Source: a bacterium (GTDB lineage Bacteria; UBA10199; 2-02-FULL-44-16; JAAZCA01). From it: a DNA stretch of 64,000 nt. Positions 1 through 7,398 of the stretch are shown one piece after another. The stretch lies in contig JBAZOP010000002.1 of the NCBI GenBank assembly GCA_041648665.1, positions 50,262 to 114,261 of the forward strand, written 5' to 3'. Positions within the stretch are counted from its first letter, which is position 1; every line of letters starts with the position of its first letter. Below the pieces are notes generated by a model. The model worked only from the letters and a program-made list of their open reading frames with translations. It had not been told where the DNA came from and ran no database searches. The translations under genes were made by a program, and so were the position numbers.

Positions 1-105
1 GCTCGCCCTTCGCTGGTTTCCCACACGGAGCGCTATGGCGGCTCCATACCTCACCAGCCCCGACCATCGCCACGCACTTCTTCTCGTCAGCCATCGTCGC
101 CTCCG

Positions 106-435
106 TCACGCCTTCCGGCGGTTGCCGCGGGCCGTCACCTCGACGCGCCTCCACCGCTTCCCGCAGTCCACGCACGTCCCGACCTCGGCCCCCCGCTGGT
201 AGACCACCGTGCCGCAGCGGTGCGGCTGCGGGGGGGCATCACGCGCCATCTCGTCCCGGCAGTCGTTGCAGATCCGCTTGCGCCCGTAGTGCAGGTACGG
301 CTGGACCTGCGAGCAGTTCAGGCACACAGGCATGCCGCACCGGAAGCACCGCGAGCGCACCAGGGCGCTGCTGTTCGCCGGAGCGAGGCAGTCGATGTCC
401 ACGACATTGCAGTGTTCCATTCGCATCGTCATGCG
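106..435 (-). CDS. Cys-rich zinc-ribbon protein (about 109 aa, several CxxC pairs)
   Basis: The ORF track 106..813 is a GC-rich run-through. The plausible start is the internal MTMRMEHC, which overlaps the stop of the upstream SWIM gene. CxxC pairs: CFRCG, CLNC, CNDC, CVDCG. Confidence 0.4.
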   Translation of the reverse strand, partial: RMTMRMEHCNVVDIDCLAPANSSALVRSRCFRCGMPVCLNCSQVQPYLHYGRKRICNDCRDEMARDAPPQPHRCGTVVYQRGAEVGTCVDCGKRWRRVEVTARGNRRKA

Positions 436-863
436 GTCCTCCTCGCTGCTGCTGCGGACACCGCCGCGCGCCGCCCCGCCTCTGCCACCAGGACTTCCGG
501 GCGGTACACGATCATCTCCCGATCCCGGCTCACACCACGCTCGATCATCCCCGCGTAGTGCGCCATGGCCGCGATGACGTGCTTGCAGGCGTATGGCTGC
601 GCGCCAGGGTGCGCACGGTTCCACGCGTGCCCCCGATGGAAGTAGTCGGCGCAGGAGCAGTACAGGACGCCATCGCTGCCCAGCCGCAGGACGTAGTAGC
701 CGCCCCCGTGAACGCCCGCCCCCCCCAGAGGGCGCCCGCAGACCTCCTGGCGCTGGCCCCGGCGCGTGCGCCGGTACAGGGCCACCACGTTCGGGTGGCC
801 ATCGGAGTCGCACAGGCGCCGCAGGTGTCTACCTGGCGTGCACGCGTGCAAGTACATGGCCAC
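429..863 (-). CDS. SWIM zinc-finger domain protein
   Basis: CSCADYFHRGH...CKHVIAAM matches the SWIM CxCx(n)CxH signature. A good promoter motif lies upstream at about 897-940. Confidence 0.55.
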   Translation of the reverse strand: MAMYLHACTPGRHLRRLCDSDGHPNVVALYRRTRRGQRQEVCGRPLGGAGVHGGGYYVLRLGSDGVLYCSCADYFHRGHAWNRAHPGAQPYACKHVIAAMAHYAGMIERGVSRDREMIVYRPEVLVAEAGRRAAVSAAAARRTA

Positions 864-896
864 CTCCTTCGCCCAGCATCCGCGCCGGGCCTCCGC

Positions 897-940
897 TCAC
901 ACCCCTATATTAACCACTGAAACAGGTTTGTCAACAGGAA
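897..940 (-). promoter_or_regulatory. sigma70-like promoter (TTGACA, 16 nt, TAATAT) inside conserved CTGTTGACAAAC motif
   Basis: Minus-strand read CCTGTTGACAAACCTGTTTCAGTGGTTAATATAGG. It belongs to the 7-member motif family. Confidence 0.4.
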
Positions 941-943
941 AAG

Positions 944-1555
944 TTATGCAGCATCCCAGCGCTGCCAGCAGGCGAGGCAGAGGAGGTTGGTCGCGCCCGA
1001 AGCCCAGGCACGAACGCGCGCCTCCAAGATATCCGGAGGTGCCGTGCGCCGCAGATAGGCGCACGTGGATCCTGACAACCGGCGCTCCACCTGCGCCCCG
1101 CACCCAGGGCACTTCCACCCGACAACGATCGATCCGTCCCGTTGGACTTCCGCCTCATACTCGACCGGCCCACGGGTCCCCGTCCAACCGAATGGCCACT
1201 GCTCCGGGAGCGGCCGCTTCGCGTGAACACGCATCTTGCCCAAGCGAGCGCGGCCAGCCTTCTTGGGAATGGCAACGAACGAAGATTTGCGAGCTGCAGC
1301 AGCTTCCTCGCGAGCAACCGCTTCGATCTCTCGAATGCGGGCCAGCGCAGACGCCCGCTCGTGCTCTGGCGTGCCGCTATGCGCCGCCAGGGACTGGAGC
1401 CGCTGCAGCAGCTGAGATCGATTCACCTCGATCCTCCTCGCCGATCTGGCGGGACGACCTGGATCACAAGCGGCTCCGTCTTCTCGCGGAACAAGGCCCC
1501 AGCCGCGTACAGCCGCGTCTGCGCCTGCGCCTCCGGCAACCCACTGGGGTACCAC
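944..1555 (-). CDS. hypothetical protein with C-terminal zinc ribbon (CPGCG...CLAC); the true start is probably internal (about 1440)
   Basis: Long ORF; its N-terminus overlaps the 3' end of the phosphoesterase gene. The coiled region followed by CxxC...CxxC looks like genuine coding sequence. Confidence 0.4.
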   Translation of the reverse strand: MVPQWVAGGAGADAAVRGWGLVPREDGAACDPGRPARSARRIEVNRSQLLQRLQSLAAHSGTPEHERASALARIREIEAVAREEAAAARKSSFVAIPKKAGRARLGKMRVHAKRPLPEQWPFGWTGTRGPVEYEAEVQRDGSIVVGWKCPGCGAQVERRLSGSTCAYLRRTAPPDILEARVRAWASGATNLLCLACWQRWDAA

Positions 1556-2163
1556 GTGTAGCGCTCCTTGTGCTCGTGGCCCATCAGCACGATGTCGGCC
1601 CGCCCCAGGACCACCTCGAAGAACTCCTTCGCGTCCTTCAACCGGCAGAACCAGTCGGTGTAGTACGGGTTGTGGTGCAGGGCCACCACGCTCACCGCCC
1701 GGTGCTTCTTCATCTCATCCAGCTTCCACCTCAGCCTGGTGCGCTGCCAGAACCCCACGCGGCCCTGCGCGAAGTCCACGATGCTGCCGGTCCGCAGACA
1801 GGTGTCGAGGCCAATGATCTGCCCCACAGGGAAGCCATCCACGCGGAACATCCAGTTCGTCTCGGCAGCCAGCGCCACCCGCAGCGTGGCGAACCGCCGC
1901 ACGCAGTCCGCGCTGTAGAAGTTGCCCAGCCGCCCGAAGTCGTGGTTCCCGGGAACCAGCATCAGGCGCCCCGTGAACGGCGCGAGGAGCACTTCCGCCT
2001 TGGCGTACTGATCCTCCTTGCCGTCGTCCGTGATGTCGCCGGTCGCCACCACCACGTCGCCCGCCGTGAACATATCCAGGATGCCAGCGAGCTTCTCGCG
2101 CACCACGGCGTTGTCCTTGTTATTGCCGCGGATGTGCAGGTCGCTGATGTGGATGATGCGCAT
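1423..2163 (-). CDS. calcineurin-like metallophosphoesterase
   Basis: MRIIHISDLHIRG...ATGDITDDG...VPGNHD...ALHHNPY...MGHEHK are the classic metallophosphatase motifs. The start was taken at the internal ATG (M160 of the ORF-track product), which overlaps the upstream gene as ATGA. Confidence 0.75.
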   Translation of the reverse strand: MRIIHISDLHIRGNNKDNAVVREKLAGILDMFTAGDVVVATGDITDDGKEDQYAKAEVLLAPFTGRLMLVPGNHDFGRLGNFYSADCVRRFATLRVALAAETNWMFRVDGFPVGQIIGLDTCLRTGSIVDFAQGRVGFWQRTRLRWKLDEMKKHRAVSVVALHHNPYYTDWFCRLKDAKEFFEVVLGRADIVLMGHEHKERYTWYPSGLPEAQAQTRLYAAGALFREKTEPLVIQVVPPDRRGGSR

Positions 2164-2164
2164 T

Positions 2165-2653
2165 TCAGTCTTCCTTCCAACGCCAGGTCCAGATGTGGGC
2201 CGGCCGCAGGCTCCCGATCGGGGGCGATCGGAAGATGAACAGCGCGCTCTCGCGCGGGTTGCTCGTCTGCTTGATACCGGGGGGCGCCACGAACTGCACG
2301 CGCGGCGACAGCAGCCGAATCTCGGCGCCGGCCGCCACCGCCGCCCGCCACCACGCCGTCGAGGGAGCCACGAGGCCCACCAGCACCGCCGTGGACCGTG
2401 GTTCCCGACCCACCTCCGCAATGGCCTTCTGCACCCACCGCTCCATCCCGCTAAAGCCCGGGTTGCACCACACCGTCTGGGAACACAGGGGCGTGCAGCA
2501 GTCCTGGTCCGCCCCGTAGCCCTCCCGATGGACCGGGACCACCCGCGCCTGGCCCACGCCGAACCACGGCCGCGCCAGGCCATCCAAATCCGCGTCGAGG
2601 TAGTACGGAACCACAGCGTTGTCCGCGCTCGCAGCCACATCCAGGTCGAACAA
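2165..2653 (-). CDS. hypothetical protein
   Basis: ORF coupled to the phosphoesterase start. Only a TTG start with a weak SD is available. Confidence 0.4.
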   Translation of the reverse strand: MFDLDVAASADNAVVPYYLDADLDGLARPWFGVGQARVVPVHREGYGADQDCCTPLCSQTVWCNPGFSGMERWVQKAIAEVGREPRSTAVLVGLVAPSTAWWRAAVAAGAEIRLLSPRVQFVAPPGIKQTSNPRESALFIFRSPPIGSLRPAHIWTWRWKED

Positions 2654-2742
2654 GAACTCGGGCTGTAGAGCCCGCAGCAGATCGATCGGCGTGCGCCACT
2701 CCTACCGGATACTATGTTCAGACTCTACTTGCGCGTTTTCCA

Positions 2743-3024
2743 TCATCGGTCAGCTCCTCGCACGACCAAGGTGATCTCTAGTCGGTAATCTACCTCCGGA
2801 TGCAGCGCATAGAAGCTCTCGTTGGAGATCTTTTTTGTGCTTGCAACTGGATGCCCCATCTCTTCGAGAACCACATCTTGCGCCACAATGAGATCAGAAT
2901 GCTGAACTAGGCGCTGGTCATAGAGCGCACGCGCAGCAGCGAGGATCTCGCCTATCAGGCGATCTCGCTCGCGACGCGTTGCATCAGACATCTTCGCGAT
3001 CTGGTATCCGCCGCGTCTCGGCAT
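2743..3024 (-). CDS. hypothetical small protein (alternative start 2991)
   Basis: MPRRGGYQIAKMSDATRRERDRLIGEILAAARALYDQ... Two candidate ATGs follow the stop of the radical SAM gene. Confidence 0.4.
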   Translation of the reverse strand: MPRRGGYQIAKMSDATRRERDRLIGEILAAARALYDQRLVQHSDLIVAQDVVLEEMGHPVASTKKISNESFYALHPEVDYRLEITLVVRGADR

Positions 3025-3034
3025 GACATGCCAC

Positions 3035-3790
3035 CTACTTTCCTCGGGGCGCGGGGCGTCCCGCCTCCAGCAGGTCGTGCTTGAACAGGTGCGCGCGCCC
3101 CTCCAGGAGCCGCGTGGCCGCAGCGAGGAACTCCGGCCAGCTGATGGCCCGGGCCCGCGCGTCGTGGTTCCACTTCCCGACCTTGACAAGGTCGGTCCGG
3201 TCCCGCACCGCGTCGATCGCCCGCAGCCCCTCCGCGGCGTCCAGCACCGGCTCGACGCTGACCCAGGTCCGCACGCCCGCGTCCCGAGCCAGATCGAGGG
3301 CACGGAGGCGCTCCGCGATGGGCGGCGCATGCGGCTCCCAGTGCTGCCGCATCGCCTCGTCCAGGAAGCAGATCGTGGTGCCCAAGCTCCAGCCGCACCG
3401 ATGGAGCTGCGGAAACAGCGGTACCACAGCCAGCGGGTTCTTGGTCAGCACCGTGACCTGGAGCAGCTCACGCTCGGCGATCTCTAGCGCGACCCCGAGG
3501 GCCTCCGCCTGCTCCGCCGTGCCGAGCGGGTCGGTCGCGAAGCTAAACAGGATCTCCCGGGGATCGCCGCGGTGCGCCGCAGCCGATGCCTCGAACCGCG
3601 CCCGCCAGTTTAGCTTCGGTCGCACCGTGGGCCAGTCCTCGGGGCGCACGCGAAGAGCGGCAGACGCATAGCAATAGCGACAAGCGTGGGCACAGCAGAT
3701 GGCGAGGTTGCACGCCAGCGGGGCGTACTCCAGGGCGCGCCCCCGGGGCGTGTAGATGAGATCGTCGCGCGCGGCCATGCGGTCATGCAT
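3035..3790 (-). CDS. radical SAM protein, SplB/DNA-photolyase-like (COG1533-like)
   Basis: CCAHACRYCY fits CX3CX2C with the CYCY signature. The ORF-track start at 3814 is the TTG of the TTGACA -35 box. The real start is probably ATG MHDRMAARD (3790) or MAARD (3778), possibly leaderless. Confidence 0.6.
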   Translation of the reverse strand: MHDRMAARDDLIYTPRGRALEYAPLACNLAICCAHACRYCYASAALRVRPEDWPTVRPKLNWRARFEASAAAHRGDPREILFSFATDPLGTAEQAEALGVALEIAERELLQVTVLTKNPLAVVPLFPQLHRCGWSLGTTICFLDEAMRQHWEPHAPPIAERLRALDLARDAGVRTWVSVEPVLDAAEGLRAIDAVRDRTDLVKVGKWNHDARARAISWPEFLAAATRLLEGRAHLFKHDLLEAGRPAPRGK

Positions 3791-3817
3791 ACGACAGCGG
3801 TGGGCGTTTGTCAACGA
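3775..3817 (-). promoter_or_regulatory. promoter, TTGACA, 17 nt, TATGCA (conserved motif family)
   Basis: CGTTGACAAACGCCCACCGCTGTCGTATGCATGACCGCATGG on the minus strand. An ATG 7-13 nt after the -10 suggests a leaderless transcript. Confidence 0.4.
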
Positions 3818-4098
3818 GGAAGTGGGCCGGCAGCCGCGAATGATACCTGCTGCAATATGTTGAACAGTTTTCTGCCACGCTTCCGCCGCACTCGCTCTGC
3901 TTCCTGTTCCTCTGGCGTTAGGCTATCCCACCATTCCTGCGCCTTGCGCTTCACCTCTGCCTGCTCCCGCTCCCGCCGTTCCTCTGTGCGCGACCCGATG
4001 CCGTGCGCCCTTCGCCACTTCGCTTCGCCCATGGGTAACCTCATCGCTTTTCCAGCATACCTCTCCGTTGGCATGCCGATCAACCGCGCAGGCGCCAC
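3811..4098 (-). CDS. hypothetical basic/acidic small protein
   Basis: Strong SD GGAGGAAAGGGG about 8 nt upstream of ATG (MAPARLIG). The stop overlaps the radical SAM region. Confidence 0.45.
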   Translation of the reverse strand: MAPARLIGMPTERYAGKAMRLPMGEAKWRRAHGIGSRTEERREREQAEVKRKAQEWWDSLTPEEQEAERVRRKRGRKLFNILQQVSFAAAGPLPR

Positions 4099-4511
4099 AT
4101 CGGGCGCCCCTTTCCTCCACGAGGCCCAGACTCAAACCCAGCCGACGCCAGTCGCCCCTGACGCGACAGGCGCCCCAGGGCGGCCGCCACCCGCAAGGCC
4201 GCATCGGGAGCAACGGCAACCCCTTCGGCCAGGGCCCGATCTACCAGCGCTGCGCAGGTCTGCGCCTCACCCTGGAGGGCCCCCGCCACCCATGGCGCCA
4301 GCGAGCGCGCAAGTGCCGGGGGCTTCTGACAGCGCAGGCCGCCAACCTTAACCAGTACCTCCCGGGGCGCGTCCTCCCCTGGCAACTGGGCCTCCACCAC
4401 CACGCCACGTGGATCCACGCGCAGCACACGCACAGACAGGTTGGGACGCACGAGGCGAGCTTGGAATGGACCCCCTTGCATCAGCGCACGCACAGTACTC
4501 CAACGCACCAT
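4080..4511 (-). CDS. hypothetical protein
   Basis: ORF lying between the MazG-like gene and the 3811..4098 gene. No recognisable motifs. Confidence 0.4.
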   Translation of the reverse strand: MVRWSTVRALMQGGPFQARLVRPNLSVRVLRVDPRGVVVEAQLPGEDAPREVLVKVGGLRCQKPPALARSLAPWVAGALQGEAQTCAALVDRALAEGVAVAPDAALRVAAALGRLSRQGRLASAGFESGPRGGKGRPMWRLRG

Positions 4512-4514
4512 AGC

Positions 4515-4925
4515 TCACATCCTTTTCCCGCCGTGCCTGTATGGTCGGCCACGGTTGAACTCGATCTTGTCCCGCAGCGCCCTGGACAGGTCGATCCCGC
4601 GCTCCCCGCAGAAGTCGAAGACTCGGATCAGCACATCCGCCATCTCCTCGGCTACCCCGGGAACCCCAGGTAGGTGATCCGATGGAGCAGCAAGCCCCTC
4701 CGGACTCCGCAGGTACTCTAACGCCTCGGACAGCTCCGAGTGCATCAGTGCGATCAGATCCCCGTCGCTCCTCGGGGCGTCCCACCAGCCGTGCTCACGC
4801 GCGATCTGGTGACATTCGGCCACCATGGCCGCGATCCCATCACACCACATCCGAGGATCGTCTCCATCTTCCTTTTTGTACACAAACGCATACGGCCCAA
4901 CCTTTTTGAATGTATCTGTCATCAC
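4515..4925 (-). CDS. MazG-like nucleoside triphosphate pyrophosphohydrolase
   Basis: ALMHSELSEALE ... EEMADVLIRVFDF ... KIEFNRGRPYRHGGKRM are the typical all-alpha MazG/HisE motifs. The start is GTG-ATG (MM). Confidence 0.65.
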   Translation of the reverse strand: MMTDTFKKVGPYAFVYKKEDGDDPRMWCDGIAAMVAECHQIAREHGWWDAPRSDGDLIALMHSELSEALEYLRSPEGLAAPSDHLPGVPGVAEEMADVLIRVFDFCGERGIDLSRALRDKIEFNRGRPYRHGGKRM

Positions 4926-5098
4926 TGGCCTCTATTGCGGATCTTCACCGTTCGATCCTCGCGCCTCCGAACCTCACACTCGGCCAACTCCAGCAGATCG
5001 CGTAGCTGGTCAGCGTCCACCTCCACCTCGCTCCAATCGTCGTCGGACTCTGCCAGTCGCTTACGGAACGCATCGACCAATGTTCTCTCCTCACTCAT
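4922..5098 (-). CDS. small acidic protein (58 aa, below the ORF-track cutoff)
   Basis: Hand-translated: MSEERTLVDAFRKRLAESDDDWSEVEVDADQLRDLLELAECEVRRREDRTVKIRNRGQ. Its stop overlaps the MazG start (TGATG) and its start sits 7 nt after the upstream stop. Confidence 0.3.
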   Translation of the reverse strand: MSEERTLVDAFRKRLAESDDDWSEVEVDADQLRDLLELAECEVRRREDRTVKIRNRGQ

Positions 5099-5104
5099 CT
5101 CATC

Positions 5105-5383
5105 TCATCCATTCTTCGATGTGGAATCTCGCAGCAGATCGCCCAGGTTCGTCCCGATCTTCGGTCCGCGATGCCCACGATGCTTCCCATTGTCATGAAC
5201 TGAAGTACACGACGTCATCATTTCGCCCAACGGAAGAAGCTGTTTTGCCACCTTCATCCGAACCACCTGCTCCCACGCTTCCTCGACATCGGCATCCGTC
5301 GCCAGCCCAGCTTCTCGTTGCGCCAAAACCGCTTCCAGTCTCGCATTCGCATCGAGAAACTCCTTCTGCTTGGACTTCAACAT
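5105..5383 (-). CDS. hypothetical protein
   Basis: 92-aa ORF, coiled/charged. Confidence 0.4.
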   Translation of the reverse strand: MLKSKQKEFLDANARLEAVLAQREAGLATDADVEEAWEQVVRMKVAKQLLPLGEMMTSCTSVHDNGKHRGHRGPKIGTNLGDLLRDSTSKNG

Positions 5384-5391
5384 GAACGCTC

Positions 5392-5940
5392 CTACGACCT
5401 CGCGTGCGTCAGGATCTTGCGGAACTCACGCTGGTCGAAGATCGCCTGCCGCACCGTCGTCGCGATCTCCGTCTGACGCTCGACCGGGACAAGGACCTGC
5501 ACCGCGCCACCGGTCCGGTCGCTGGACCGGAAGATGAGCAACGACCACCCCATCAGCTTCATCCCGATGGGCGAATTGATGCCGAAGTCGTCGATCCGGA
5601 ACAGCTCGATGTTCTCACCGCCCTTGCTGAGCCAGCCCGTCTCGATGCCCAGCCGCTGCGTCGTGATCGTGAACCGGTTCGACGCCGACTCGTACCAGCG
5701 GCAGATCAGGTAGACCAGCCCGGGGATGACGAACAGCAGCAGCAGGAAGATCAGCAGGATGATCTGCCCGACGCTGTAGAACACCGGGATTTCCCCCTTG
5801 TAGACCAGCTTCTCCTCGGAAACCTCCTGGCGCTTCGCGTTCGCCACGAGGTCCTCGCCGCAGAACCGGCACTTCTTCGCCACCGCCCGGATGGGCTCCC
5901 CACAAATCGGGCACGGGATCAGGTCGTTCGCTTCGGACAT
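5392..5940 (-). CDS. zinc-ribbon plus transmembrane plus bacterial PH-like domain protein
   Basis: CPICG...CRFCG at the N-terminus and a hydrophobic helix IILLIFLLLLFVIPGLVYLI. The C-terminal region resembles a bPH/YdbT-like domain. Start taken at M23 (MSEANDL) because the track N-terminus overlaps the tRNA. GC is visibly lower than in neighbouring genes. Confidence 0.5.
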   Translation of the reverse strand: MSEANDLIPCPICGEPIRAVAKKCRFCGEDLVANAKRQEVSEEKLVYKGEIPVFYSVGQIILLIFLLLLFVIPGLVYLICRWYESASNRFTITTQRLGIETGWLSKGGENIELFRIDDFGINSPIGMKLMGWSLLIFRSSDRTGGAVQVLVPVERQTEIATTVRQAIFDQREFRKILTHARS

Positions 5941-5976
5941 GATTGCTCTCCCTTCGGTTGCGCGCCTACTCCTCGA

Positions 5977-6050
5977 TCGGGGCGAGAGGATTCGAACCTC
6001 CGACATCCAGCTCCCAAAGCTGGCGCGCTACCAGGCTGCGCTACGCCCCG
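5977..6050 (-). tRNA. tRNA-Pro (anticodon TGG)
   Basis: Minus-strand read CGGGGCG-TA-GCGC-AGCCTGGTA-GCGC-G-CCAGC-TTTGGGA-GCTGG-ATGTC-GGAGG-TTCGAAT-CCTCT-CGCCCCG-A. All four stems pair, with U8, GG in the D-loop, TTCGAAT in the T-loop and anticodon TGG. No encoded CCA. Confidence 0.8.
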
Positions 6051-6053
6051 TCG

Positions 6054-6533
6054 TCACCTCAATCCTTGGCCTCCACCCTCCCTTTCGGCGGCGCAATCGC
6101 AGAAGGAGCGCGCGGCCCCGACGACGCGCCAGATCTCCTCGGGCGGCTCCGCGTCCATGTAGCCGCAGAGCTGGCGGGCACCCCCCCCACACCGGGTGCC
6201 GGGGCACCCCTGCGCGACGAGGGCCTTGCAGCGCGCCAGCTCCCGCGCGTACCGGCTGGCGATCGCCCGGGCATCGTCCAGCTTGGCGCGCAGCGCCGGC
6301 CCTGGGTCGGCCCCCGGGGAGGGATCCGCCCCCGCGGCGGGCCCCGCGTCCGCACACGCCGCGCACCCGCAGGGATCGCGCGCCGGATCCTCGGCGAAGT
6401 CCTCCACGAAGATGACCCCCAGGAAGAAGAACCCGACCGCCGTCGCCAACTCCCCCAGGATCGGCGCCACGCACCGATCGAAGAAGCTTCGCGCCGGGAT
6501 CTGGTACCATCCGCCGCCTGCCCTCCGCGCCAT
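6054..6533 (-). CDS. Cys-rich membrane protein
   Basis: Start at MARRAGGG with SD AAGGGAG. TM helix ILGELATAVGFFFLGVIFV. Several CxC/CxxC clusters. The upstream part of the track ORF is GC-rich low-complexity sequence. Confidence 0.45.
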   Translation of the reverse strand: MARRAGGGWYQIPARSFFDRCVAPILGELATAVGFFFLGVIFVEDFAEDPARDPCGCAACADAGPAAGADPSPGADPGPALRAKLDDARAIASRYARELARCKALVAQGCPGTRCGGGARQLCGYMDAEPPEEIWRVVGAARSFCDCAAEREGGGQGLR

Positions 6534-6666
6534 GCCGCTCCCTTTCGCGCTCAAGGGCCCCGGGGCGCCCCCACCTGCGGGGGCCACCCCGGGATCCCAC
6601 ACAACCTGTAAGCAACCACGGGGCGCCGCTCGCTCGGCGCCCCGTCTCTCCACGTGGGCCGCGGTG

Positions 6667-6918
6667 CTAATCGTACCCGTCGGTGGCCTGCCCGGCCCTA
6701 TCCCGCACGCGGAGCCGCCGCGCCATCCCGTGCGCCAGCGCGGCCCTCCGGTGGCCCCAGCCCAGCGAGCCCGGCCCCCCCGCACGCGGGGGGTGCGCGC
6801 CGCCACGTGGCGAGAGCGACGCCCGGATCTCGCCCTGCGTCCGAACCGCCCACTGCCGCACGGGCCGGCCCCATCCCAGGGCCGCACGCACCGTCCGGAG
6901 CAGCGGGGAACGTAGCAT
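6667..6918 (-). CDS. Arg-rich small protein (83 aa)
   Basis: Internal ATG preceded by the strong SD TAGGAGGGG about 9 nt upstream. Otherwise a GC-rich region. Confidence 0.3.
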   Translation of the reverse strand: MLRSPLLRTVRAALGWGRPVRQWAVRTQGEIRASLSPRGGAHPPRAGGPGSLGWGHRRAALAHGMARRLRVRDRAGQATDGYD

Positions 6919-6931
6919 CGTCCTGCCCCTC

Positions 6932-7363
6932 CTACGCCTTGACCGCCCGCGCGCGCACCGCCGCAGCACGCTGTTCCCGCAGCTCCACCGCGAACGCCGG
7001 GAACCACCGCGGCGCCCCCGGCTCGTCCCGCCAGCGGCGGCCCGCGCGTTCCTCCTGGTCGTACTGCTCGCGGAGCGCGTCCAGGCCATCGATGACGATG
7101 TCCATCACCTCGTAGAACGCGGGCCCCCCCCCGGCCCTCTCCAGGATGATCCCCCGCTCGATCGGCGCCGACCGCAGTCGGCTCCGCGCGATCTGCCGGC
7201 CCCGCGTCCGCGAGAACCGACCCAGGTCCGGCGGCGAGCAGAACGCGCAGCCCACCCGGTACAGGGTGATGGGCCGGGGGGCCGGCCGCTGCTCCCGCTC
7301 GATGGCGAACGTCATCGCCCCGTACGCCGTCCGGTAGTGCTTGTAAAAGATCCCGTCCTGCAT
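6932..7363 (-). CDS. hypothetical protein
   Basis: Start at MQDGIFYKHY with SD GGGAGGG, directly downstream of the TTGACA-17-TATACT promoter. Confidence 0.45.
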   Translation of the reverse strand: MQDGIFYKHYRTAYGAMTFAIEREQRPAPRPITLYRVGCAFCSPPDLGRFSRTRGRQIARSRLRSAPIERGIILERAGGGPAFYEVMDIVIDGLDALREQYDQEERAGRRWRDEPGAPRWFPAFAVELREQRAAAVRARAVKA

Positions 7364-7398
7364 GGTAGCCCTCCCGCCGCGCATCCTACGCGGCATGC

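Noticed and set aside
766-2238. 490-aa plus-strand ORF
   Set aside because: Antisense to the well-supported minus-strand phosphoesterase and neighbouring genes. Arg/Pro/Gly-rich low-complexity translation typical of spurious ORFs in high-GC DNA.
3814-3814. ORF-track start of the radical SAM gene (TTG at 3814)
   Set aside because: This TTG is the first three bases of the TTGACA -35 box of the promoter family. A downstream ATG is more plausible.
6534-6931. GC-rich gap upstream of the Cys-rich membrane protein, considered as coding extension or ncRNA
   Set aside because: Only a short Arg-rich ORF with an SD (6667..6918) could be supported. The rest translates to low-complexity sequence in all frames.
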